64,000 bases of DNA from the NCBI GenBank assembly GCA_029202525.1, contig CP119325.1, forward strand, positions 5,809,258 to 5,873,257, read 5' to 3'. The notes under the pieces were generated by a model. That model had not been told where the DNA came from. It ran no database searches and saw only the letters and a list, made by a program, of their open reading frames with translations. The stretch is from Candidatus Pseudomonas phytovorans. Lineage in GTDB: Bacteria; Pseudomonadota; Gammaproteobacteria; Pseudomonadales; Pseudomonadaceae. A program made the translations under genes and the position numbers. Below, one piece after another: positions 1-8,600 of this stretch (position 1 is its first letter; every line of letters starts with the position of its first letter).

Positions 1-140
1 TCGCTCCACAAGTAGGTCCACTTGCGGAAATAGGTGATAAGACCGACGACAGCGATACCGCCGAGCGCGATCATGGCAAGCGTCACCATGACTATCGGCT
101 CGTGATAGGGTATCGCCTCCAGGCTTAGTTTACCGAACAT
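1..140 (-). CDS. cyoB: cytochrome bo3 ubiquinol oxidase subunit I, N-terminal fragment (runs off window)
   Basis: Reverse-strand ATG at 140 translates [46 protein letters not shown], the conserved CyoB N-terminus. It begins 3 nt after the cyoA stop (144-146). Confidence 0.9.
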   Translation of the reverse strand, partial: MFGKLSLEAIPYHEPIVMVTLAMIALGGIAVVGLITYFRKWTYLWS

Positions 141-143
141 CTC

Positions 144-1088
144 TTACTCCTCTGCACCGGCAGCTGGTTGCATACTCGTTTCCACACCCTTGGTAGTGGC
201 CAGATCTTTGCTGCCTGCTTCTTCGTGGACCGGCTTGCCGCGGTTCATGCCTTCGTACTTGTCGACGATGGTCTGGAACAGCTCCGCTGGCGCCTCGCTG
301 TACAGCGCGACTGGGACGTATTCGCTAGGCTTGACCAGAGCTTCATACTCGGCCTTGTCCAGCTTCAGTGGCGACTGCTTGACCTCGGCGACCCATGCAT
401 CGAAGTCGGCCTGGGAAGTGGCAGTAGCCTTGAATTTCATGCCGGTGAAACCAGCACCGCTGTAGTTGGCGCTGATACCGTCAAACACACCGTTCTCGTT
501 GGCGATCAGGTGCAGTTTGGTGGTCATGCCGGCCATGGCGTAGATCTGGCCACCCAGGCCCGGGATGAAGAACGAGTTCATCACGGCGTCGGAGGTGACG
601 CGGAAGTTGATCGGGGTGTTAGCCGGGAAGTTGATCTTGTTGACCGTAGCGATGCCCTGCTCCGGGTAGATGAACAGCCACTTCCAGTCCAGTGCGACCA
701 CGTCGATCTGAATCGGCTTCACGTCCGAATCCAGCGGACGGTATGGGTCCAGCTTGTGGGTGGACTTGTAGGTGACATAACCCAGGGCGATGATGATCAG
801 GATCGGGATGATCCACACCGCAGCCTCGATCTTGGTCGAGTGCGACCAGTCAGGGGTGTAGGTGGCTGCCTTGTTGGAAGCACGGTACTTCCAGGCGAAC
901 GCCAAGGTCATGATGATGACGGGAATCACCACCAGCAGCATGAGGCCGGTTGCGATCAGGATCAGGTTCTTTTGCTCAATGCCGACCTGGCCCTTCGGGT
1001 CGAGCAGGGTCCAGTTGCACCCACTGAGTAAAAGCATGCCTAAAACGGGCAATATGCCAAACAGTCTGGGGTAACGCTTTTTACTCAT
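144..1088 (-). CDS. cyoA: cytochrome bo3 ubiquinol oxidase subunit II
   Basis: 314-aa ORF with a lipoprotein-type signal (LLLSGC), two TM helices and a cupredoxin-like C-domain. It is followed directly by cyoB. Confidence 0.95.
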   Translation of the reverse strand: MSKKRYPRLFGILPVLGMLLLSGCNWTLLDPKGQVGIEQKNLILIATGLMLLVVIPVIIMTLAFAWKYRASNKAATYTPDWSHSTKIEAAVWIIPILIIIALGYVTYKSTHKLDPYRPLDSDVKPIQIDVVALDWKWLFIYPEQGIATVNKINFPANTPINFRVTSDAVMNSFFIPGLGGQIYAMAGMTTKLHLIANENGVFDGISANYSGAGFTGMKFKATATSQADFDAWVAEVKQSPLKLDKAEYEALVKPSEYVPVALYSEAPAELFQTIVDKYEGMNRGKPVHEEAGSKDLATTKGVETSMQPAAGAEE

Positions 1089-1568
1089 CTCACGACCTCT
1101 AGATCAGCTTGCTTCAATGCAATTTGTGTTTTGGTAGCCAACACTTCGTCCTGCCAAGTGAGGCATTTTGCGCCCGTACTCGCTCCCGCCTGGGGTCCGA
1201 CTGCAGGACCTTGGCTTCAAACGTGTCAGCGGTGCTTATGGTTTCGTAGGCAACAGGCCTGTACTTCAGACCAAGTCCATTTGGTGCGGGAAAACGCGGA
1301 GGGGTGTCCGCCCGGTATCGCCGTTGGGCGAAACTTGACGAAGTCAGCAAAAAGGAGCGCTGGGGCTTCCTTCAATCCTGCGACTCGCAAGCAGTGCCGA
1401 ACGGAAATTGGGGGCGATTGTAGTGAGGTCGCCAACCCTTGACTATGACTTATTGAGCAACAGTCTTTTACAGAATGCGTAACAATGCAGCCCGATTATT
1501 CAACTTCGCGACAGTTTGTCGCACCCCGTCTGGTAGACCTCAAAGCCGCATACTGCAAGGCTTTGTGG

Positions 1569-1582
1569 TTGATCTGGATCAA
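1569..1582. promoter_or_regulatory. FNR/ANR-type box TTGATCTGGATCAA
   Basis: Perfect TTGAT-N4-ATCAA palindrome in the 560-bp non-coding gap between the dsbB stop and the cyoA start. Confidence 0.5.
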
Positions 1583-1647
1583 GCGGTGCGCGACATTTCC
1601 CTCTTCTCATGCGGTGTAAAAGACCACATGCAATTCAGGACCTTTGT

Positions 1648-2154
1648 CTAAGCCTGGCGTCGGTTGCGGTAGATGCCGAACGGCACCAGGATGGCGGTCA
1701 GCACGAATGCCACGAGCGCCCATTGCGCCAGCGACAAACCGAGGAGCGGCGGGTACGGCGTACTGCAGAAGCCATCGACCTGGAACGCCAGCGGCCAGAG
1801 CTTGGCCAGCGGCAGGTCGTCCACGATCGGCTGGAGGGTGTCGATGCCACAGCTGACCATGGGGTTGGCGAGTATATACACATGGTTGCCAGCCGCAATG
1901 ATTCCGCCAATTGCGCTAAGCACCACCATGGCCTCGAAGAAGGTCAGGCTACGGCGCCCGGGCATCGCTGCGGCGATGAAGGCAAATACGGCAATGAACA
2001 GCAGCGCGTAACGCTGCAGGATGCACAGCGGGCATGGTGCTTCGCCCAGTACCACTTGCATATAGAGGGCGCCGCCGATCAGCGAGAGGCAGATCAGGCC
2101 CAACAGCACCAGAAAGCGCCGTTCCCGATTCAGGCGCGAGGTTTGTTCGTTCAT
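1648..2154 (-). CDS. dsbB: disulfide bond formation protein B
   Basis: 168 aa with four TM segments, a CPLC motif (EAPCPLCILQRY) and a second periplasmic Cys pair. Length and sequence are typical of DsbB. Confidence 0.9.
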   Translation of the reverse strand: MNEQTSRLNRERRFLVLLGLICLSLIGGALYMQVVLGEAPCPLCILQRYALLFIAVFAFIAAAMPGRRSLTFFEAMVVLSAIGGIIAAGNHVYILANPMVSCGIDTLQPIVDDLPLAKLWPLAFQVDGFCSTPYPPLLGLSLAQWALVAFVLTAILVPFGIYRNRRQA

Positions 2155-2310
2155 TGCCGGTTCCTTCGATGGAGAGTGGCAGCGTGGTCCGCCTGCCTGG
2201 GCGCAAGTCTACACGCTGGGCGTGTCGAGGAAGCGGCGTGATAGCACTGCGCAGGGCTATCCGGTGTGGCTGAGACCGGCCGCAAGAACGTCGGTTCAAC
2301 GCAAGGTGGC

Positions 2311-2363
2311 AAAAAAAGGCTGCCCGGGTGCCGCGCAGGGGCAAGCCCCTCGACACCCGGGAG
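2311..2363 (-). terminator. rho-independent terminator candidate on the minus strand (downstream of hmp)
   Basis: Stem cccgggtg (2323-2330) / cacccggg (2354-2361) with an inner aggggc/gcccct stem. On the minus strand it is followed by CC + TTTTTTT (2311-2317). Confidence 0.5.
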
Positions 2364-2463
2364 TGAAGGATACCGCGATTAAAGGAGGATTAAAGATGAA
2401 AGCGCAGCGCCCGGTTTCATCTTTCCTTTATATATAAGCAGGAAGTAATCATGTAAGCCTGTG

Positions 2464-2559
2464 CCGGCCTCTTCGCGGGCTCGCCCGCTCCCACAGGACT
2501 TGCGCTGCCTGTGAGGGTGACGCTATCCCTGTGGGAGCGGGCGAGCCCGCGAAGAGGCC
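2464..2559. repeat. REP doublet (two inverted P. putida-type REP units)
   Basis: ccggcctcttcgcgggctcgcccgctcccacagg (2464-2497) and its inverted copy cctgtgggagcgggcgagcccgcgaagaggcc (2528-2559), 16 nt after the hmp stop. Confidence 0.9.
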
Positions 2560-2574
2560 AGTACAGACGCTACA

Positions 2575-3753
2575 TCACTCCAAAGCAGCCGCTGGCCCGA
2601 AGAACTCGTAGCGGCTCTGCTGCTCTGGCACACCCAGGCTTTTCAACTGGCGCTTCACCGCCACCATGAAAGCCTTGGGCCCCAGGAAGTAGGCATCCAC
2701 ATCACGCCCCTGCGGCAGCCACTCGCCCAGCAGGTCCTCACTCAGCAGGCCGACGGCATCAGCCTCGGCGCCACCCTGCGCCTCGGCATAGCAGTAGAAA
2801 CGCTTGAGCTGCGGATGACGCGCCGCCAGGCCATCGACCCAGTCACGGAAGGCATGGACCGCACCGTTACGCGCACAGTGAATGAAATGCACCTCACGCC
2901 GGGTTTGCAGCGCCGCCTGCAACATCGCCAGTGTCGGCGTAATACCCACGCCCCCACTGATCAGTACCAGCGGCTTGTCGCTTGCAGCCAAGGTGAAATC
3001 ACCCGCAGGCGGGAACAGTTGCAGGGTTTCGCCCACCACCAGCTCATCGTGCAGGTAACTGGAAACCTTGCCGCCCGCCTCGCGCTTGACGCTGATGCGG
3101 TACTCTTTGCCATCGCACAGTGCCGAAAGGGAGTAATTGCGGCGCTGTTCGGCACCGTCGATCTCCAGCTTCAGGCCGATGTACTGGCCTGGCTCGGCCT
3201 TGAGCACCGGCTTGCCATCTACCGGCGCAAAGTAGAACGAGACGATCTCGCTGCTTTCCTGCTCGCGACGTACCAGGCGGAATTCGCGTGTACCGCGCCA
3301 GCCACCCTCAGCCTCTTCCTTCTCTCTATAGAGGTTTTCTTCTGCACCAATCAGGATGTCGGCCAGCTGGCCATAGGCCGCGGCCCAGGCGTCGATCACC
3401 TCAGGGGTGGCGATTTCCTTGCCCAGCACTTCCTCGATGGCGCGCAGCAGGCAGCTGCCGACGATCGGGTAATGCTCCGGCAGAATCTGCAGGGCAACGT
3501 GCTTGTTGATGATTTGCCCGACCAGGCCGCCCAACTGCTCCAGCTGATCGATGTGGCGGGCATACATCAGCACGCCGTTGGCCAAGGCACGGGGCTGGTC
3601 GCCACTGGCCTGGTGGGCCTGGTTGAACAGCGGGCGTACCTCGGGGTACTCGCTGAGCATCATCTTGTAGAAGTGGGTGGTCAGCGCTTCGCCGCCGCTT
3701 TCCAGCAGGGGTACAGTGGCCTTGATGATTACACGTTGTTCGGCATTGAGCAT
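2575..3753 (-). CDS. hmp: flavohemoprotein (NO dioxygenase)
   Basis: The ORF track extends to 3816. ATG at 3753 (MLNAEQRVIIKATVPLL...) matches the Hmp N-terminus and has an AGGAG RBS upstream. Globin, FAD (RxYS) and NAD domains are present. Confidence 0.93.
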   Translation of the reverse strand: MLNAEQRVIIKATVPLLESGGEALTTHFYKMMLSEYPEVRPLFNQAHQASGDQPRALANGVLMYARHIDQLEQLGGLVGQIINKHVALQILPEHYPIVGSCLLRAIEEVLGKEIATPEVIDAWAAAYGQLADILIGAEENLYREKEEAEGGWRGTREFRLVRREQESSEIVSFYFAPVDGKPVLKAEPGQYIGLKLEIDGAEQRRNYSLSALCDGKEYRISVKREAGGKVSSYLHDELVVGETLQLFPPAGDFTLAASDKPLVLISGGVGITPTLAMLQAALQTRREVHFIHCARNGAVHAFRDWVDGLAARHPQLKRFYCYAEAQGGAEADAVGLLSEDLLGEWLPQGRDVDAYFLGPKAFMVAVKRQLKSLGVPEQQSRYEFFGPAAALE

Positions 3754-3800
3754 TGCGACAACTCCTGAGCCTGTGGCTTCAAATGACTGCCCTGGGTATT

Positions 3801-3816
3801 TCACCAATCGTGCCAA
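3801..3816 (-). promoter_or_regulatory. sigma-54 (-24/-12)-like promoter of hmp
   Basis: Minus strand reads TTGGCACGATTGGTGA. The -24 TGGCAC is perfect and the -12 is imperfect (TGA instead of TGC). It lies 48 nt upstream of the hmp ATG and faces an enhancer-binding-protein gene. Confidence 0.45.
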
Positions 3817-3856
3817 CTTTTATCGCCAGTAAAATCAGGGGGTTGAAGCCGATCAT

Positions 3857-3912
3857 GTCAAAAAGACACACCTCAGCGTATAGTCATATTGACCTACAGG
3901 AGTCAATATGAC
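3857..3912. promoter_or_regulatory. three NorR-type GT-N7-AC sites
   Basis: GTCAAAAAGAC (3857-3867), GTCATATTGAC (3883-3893) and GTCAATATGAC (3902-3912, covering the norR ATG at 3908). The last two are GTCA-N3-TGAC palindromes. Confidence 0.6.
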
Positions 3913-5464
3913 CGCAAAGCCGCTGCTTACTGCCCTTCTGCCCCTGGTCAGTGACCTGTCACGAGATTTGCCCGACCAGGAGCGCTACCGCCGCCTGCTG
4001 CAGGCCATGCGCGGCCTGTTGCCATGCGATGCCGCCGCGCTGCTGCGTCTGGATGGTGAATGGCTGGTGCCGCTGGCCGTGGATGGCCTGAGCCCCGACA
4101 CCCTTGGCCGGCGCTTTCGAGTCAGTGAACACCCGCGCTTCCAGGTCCTGCTCAGCCGACCGGAACCCACCCGTTTCGCCAGCGACTCCGAACTGCCCGA
4201 CCCCTACGATGGCCTGGTCAACGCGCCGGATGCCGACCTTGAAGTGCACGACTGCATGGGTTGCCCATTGATGGTCGATGAGCGCCCTTGGGGGTTGGTC
4301 ACCCTCGACGCCCTCACCCCAGGGCAGTTCCAGAGCCTGGAACTGGATGCGCTACAGGCCTTCGCCAGCCTGGCCGCCGCCACCGTTACCGTGGCCGAGC
4401 GGATCGAGCACCTGGCCCTGCGCGCTGAAGACGAACACCACCGCGCCGAGATCTACCGCCAGGCCAGCGGCCAGGATAAAGAGCTGATTGGCCAAAGCCC
4501 CGCGCACAAGCGCCTGGTGGAAGAAATCCGCCTGGTCGGCGGCAGCGACCTGACCGTACTGATCACGGGCGAAACGGGGGTCGGCAAGGAACTGGTGGCC
4601 CAAGCCCTGCACCAAGCCAGCAGCCGCGCCGATAAACCGCTGGTCAGCCTCAACTGCGCCGCCCTGCCCGACACTCTGGTGGAAAGCGAACTGTTCGGCC
4701 ATGTACGCGGTGCGTTTACCGGCGCGCACGGCGAGCGCCGGGGCAAGTTCGAACTGGCCAACGGCGGCACGCTGTTCCTCGACGAAGTGGGCGAACTGCC
4801 GCTGACCGTGCAGGCCAAGCTGCTGCGTGTGCTGCAAAGTGGCCAACTGCAACGGCTTGGCTCGGACCGCGAGCACCGCGTGGACGTGCGCCTGATCGCC
4901 GCCACCAACCGTGACCTGGCAGCAGAAGTGCGCAATGGCAACTTCCGCGCCGACTTCTATCATCGCCTGAGCGTGTACCCGTTGCACGTGCCGCCTTTGC
5001 GCGAACGTGGTCGAGATGTGCTGCTATTGGCTGGCTACTTCCTCGAACAGAACCGTTCCCGCCTGGGCCTGAACAGCCTGCGCATGAGCCACGAAGCCCA
5101 GGCTGCGCTACTGGCTTACGACTGGCCAGGCAATGTGCGCGAACTGGAACACCTGATCGGCCGCTCGGCGCTCAAGGCACTCGGCCAACACCCGGATCGG
5201 CCACGCATCCTCACGCTCGGAGCCATCGACCTGGACCTGCGCACTACCTCCCCGGCACCGGTCCCCCTGCCCTCCCCGGCAGCCCCGCTCCTGATAGCAG
5301 CATTGCCTGAAGGCGGCCTGCGCGAGGCGGTCGAAATCTACCAGCGCCAAGTGATCGAAGCCTGCCTGAAACGGCACCAGGACAACTGGGCGGCAGCGGC
5401 GCGAGAGCTGGGCCTGGACCGCGCAAATCTGAGCCGATTGGCCCGCCGGCTGGGGCTTCGCTGA
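3908..5464 (+). CDS. norR: NO-responsive sigma-54-dependent transcriptional activator (NorR/FhpR)
   Basis: 518 aa with an N-terminal GAF-like domain, an AAA+ domain (GETGVGKE, GAFTGA) and a C-terminal Fis-type HTH. It is divergent from hmp. Confidence 0.9.
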   Translation: MTAKPLLTALLPLVSDLSRDLPDQERYRRLLQAMRGLLPCDAAALLRLDGEWLVPLAVDGLSPDTLGRRFRVSEHPRFQVLLSRPEPTRFASDSELPDPYDGLVNAPDADLEVHDCMGCPLMVDERPWGLVTLDALTPGQFQSLELDALQAFASLAAATVTVAERIEHLALRAEDEHHRAEIYRQASGQDKELIGQSPAHKRLVEEIRLVGGSDLTVLITGETGVGKELVAQALHQASSRADKPLVSLNCAALPDTLVESELFGHVRGAFTGAHGERRGKFELANGGTLFLDEVGELPLTVQAKLLRVLQSGQLQRLGSDREHRVDVRLIAATNRDLAAEVRNGNFRADFYHRLSVYPLHVPPLRERGRDVLLLAGYFLEQNRSRLGLNSLRMSHEAQAALLAYDWPGNVRELEHLIGRSALKALGQHPDRPRILTLGAIDLDLRTTSPAPVPLPSPAAPLLIAALPEGGLREAVEIYQRQVIEACLKRHQDNWAAAARELGLDRANLSRLARRLGLR

Positions 5465-5653
5465 GGTTCACCTACAAAAGGATTAACCCAGAAAGCCTCT
5501 GGTTGCTTCTCCCATGGCTGCTATATCTCCCTAACCACCCATTTCTCGACTGCCTGGTCGAGGCTGTGCGTAAAACCCCTGAAAGGGCTCTGTTACGACA
5601 GTTGTGGCTCGAAGATTCGGGCCGGGGGATCCGGTTACCAGCAGGGAGCATCC

Positions 5654-8600
5654 ATGGACAACATCGTCATCGCCGACAAGCAATCCGAAGTCGCCTCTCA
5701 GACCGCCTGGGGCAATATCAACCTCAAAGGGCCAGGCGTCGTGCAGATGCCGGTAGCCCCCGACCAGGTGGCCACGGTTACCCAACGCGGGCAGGACCTG
5801 ATCGTCACCCTGAAGTCGGGTGAAAAAGTCACCATCGGCAACTTCTTCGCCGTGGACCAGGCTGGGGTTGGCAGCGACATCGTCTTCGTCGGCGAAGACG
5901 GCACCCTCTGGCACGCCCAATACGATGCAACGGCCTTCACCGGCTTCACCTTCGAAGATGTGACCTCGCTGGACGAACTGGTCGCGGGTATCGGAACCGC
6001 CGGTAGCGCCATGCCAACCTGGGCGATTGCCGGGCTCAGCCTGCTGGGTGTCGGCGGTGCGGCAGCAGCGGCTGACAACGGCGGTGGCGGCAGCAGTGGC
6101 GGTTCCGACCCGGACACCACCGCACCGGCAACGCCCATCGACCTGCTGGTATCGCCGGACGGCCTGCGCCTGACCGGCCGTGGCGAAGCGGGCACCACGG
6201 TGAACATCCGTGACGCCGCCGGCAACATCATCGGCAGCGGCACCGTGGCCGCCGATGGCAGCTTCAACGTGGCGCTGAACCCGCCGCAGGTCAACAGCGA
6301 GAATCTGCAAGTCACCCTGACCGATGGCGCCGGCAACGTCTCGGCGCCCGGCACCGTCACCGCCCCGGACGTAACTGCACCACTGGCTCCGACCGAACTG
6401 GCCATCGATGCCCAGGGCACCACCCTTACCGGTCGCGCCGAAGCTGGCTCGACCGTTACCGTGCGCGGCGCCGACGGCGTAGTACTAGGCACTGCGGTAG
6501 CCGGCGCAGACGGTCTGTTCAGCATCACCCTGCAACCGCCCCAAACCGATGGCCAGGCCCTGGAAATCAGCGCCACCGACGCGGCCGGCAACACATCGCC
6601 GGCGGCCGGCATCAACGCACCAGACGTCGACACCCCTGACACCACCGCCCCCGACCAGCCGACCGACCTGGCCCTGGCCAACGGAATAACCCTCACCGGT
6701 CGCGGCGAGCCGGGTGCCACCGTGCAGGTGCGCGATGCAGCGGGCAACATCATTGGCACCGGCACCGTTGGCGCCGATGGCCTGTTCAGCCTCGCCCTGT
6801 CGCCAGCCCAGGCCAACGGCGAAGCGCTGGATATCCGCCAGGTGGATGCCGCTGGCAACAGCTCGATCCCACTGGAATTCACCGCCCCGGACATCACCGC
6901 CCCTGCCGCGCCGACCGAACTGGCCGTCAGCGCTGACGGCACCGTGCTCACCGGCCGCGCCGAACCGGGCAGCACCGTGCGCATTGTCGGCGCCGATGGC
7001 ACCGAACTGGGCTCTGCCGTAGTCGGTGCCACCGGTGTGTTCAGCATCACCCTCAGCCCGCCACAAGTCGACGGCGAAGTGCTGCAGGCTACCGCGTCCG
7101 ATGCCGCTGGCAACACGTCCGTGGCCAGCTCGGTCACTGCTCCGGATATCGACGGCGGCGACACCACACCACCAGATGCACCAATCGACCTGGTGATCGG
7201 CCTGGCCGGCAGCCAGCTCAGTGGCCGTGGCGAAGCCGGCACCACCGTGCAGGTGCGTGACGCCGCCGGCAACATCATCGCCACCGGCACCGTCGGCGCA
7301 GATGGCCTGTTCACCATTGCCCTGGCCCCTGCCGTGAATGACGGCAGTACCCTGCAAGTGACCCTGACCGACGCCGCCGGCAACGTCTCGCAGCCAGGTT
7401 CGGTCACTTCGGCCGACCTGCTGCCGCCAGCACAACCGACCGACCTGGCCTTGGCCGATGGCGTGACCTTCACCGGTCGCGGCGAACCGGGCGCGACCGT
7501 GCAAGTACGTGATGCAGCCGGTACTGTAGTTGGCACAGGTGTAGTCGGTGCCGACGGGCTGTTCAGCATTACCCTTGCGCCCGCTCAGGCGAATGGCGAA
7601 GCCTTGGATGTGCGCCTGGTGGACGCAGCCGGCAACACCTCCGCACCGCTGCAATTCGATGCCCCGGATATCACACCACCTGCTGCTGTGAGCAATATCG
7701 TCGTAGGTGCCGGCGGGCTGGTCCTGAGCGGGCGTGGCGAACCGGGTGCCACTGTCGAGGTGCGTGATGCCAACGGCACTGTGATCGGCACCGCTGTGGT
7801 CGGCGTCAACGGCACCTTCCTCATCGACCTCAGTCCAGCGGCGCAGCCAGGTGAACACCTGAGCTTGGTGCAGACCGACCCAAGCGGCAACGCCTCCGTT
7901 GCCCTTGAATACGACGTACCGCTGACCACTGCACCGGTCAGCCCGAGCAACCTGGCCATCGATGCCGATGGCACCACGCTGACCGGCTCCGCCCCTGCCG
8001 GTACTCGCGTGGAGGTGCATGACGCCAACGGCACGCTGATCGGCAGCGCCATCGCCAGTGCCGATGGCACGTTCACCATCGAACTGAGCCCCGCCCAGGC
8101 CAACGGCGAACTGCTGGATGTCGTCGCCATCGATGACGGTGGCGTGTCCTCACTGCCTGCGCAGATCACCGCGCCAGACATCACCGCCCCTGCGGCACCG
8201 ACCGAGCTGACTATAAGCGCTAACGGCACGGTGCTCACCGGCCGTGCCGAACCCGGCAGCACCGTGCGTATCGTTGCCGCCGATGGCACCGAACTGGGCA
8301 CTGCCGTGGTCGGCCCGACCGGCGTATTCAGCATCGACCTTGCGCCGCCACAGGTCGATGGTGAAGTGCTGCAAGCCACTGCCACCGATGCCGCTGGCAA
8401 CACCTCCACTGCCAGCTCGGTCACCGCACCGGACATCGACGGCGGCGATACCACGCCGCCTGAAGCGCCGACCAATCTGGTGATCGGCTTGGCCGGCAGC
8501 CAACTGAGCGGGCGCGGCGAAGCCGGGACTACCGTACAGGTGCGTGACGCAGCAGGTAACCTGCTGGCGACCGGTACCGTCGGTGCGGACGGCAACTTCG

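Noticed and set aside
1114-1442. Small ORFs in the cyoA upstream gap (1114-1350, 1226-1435 on the minus strand; 1131-1442 on the plus strand).
   Set aside because: They have no RBS and an Arg/Pro/Ser-rich composition, and they overlap one another in different frames. The region is better explained as a cyo leader/promoter region.
5521-5528. CTATATCT as an RpoS-type -10 for the adhesin gene (lapF is RpoS-dependent in KT2440), plus the nearby repeat CTCGAC-N6-GTCGAG (5545-5562).
   Set aside because: A 6-8-nt AT-rich hexamer match is too weak to call without a TSS, and the 6-bp-arm repeat is at chance level.
6046-6075. The poly-Ala run (GVGGAAAAADNGG) as a LapG-type di-alanine cleavage site.
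   Set aside because: The canonical LapG motif context (TAAG after a folded retention module) is not evident and no lapG/lapD genes are in the window. It is kept only as an open question in the adhesin finding.
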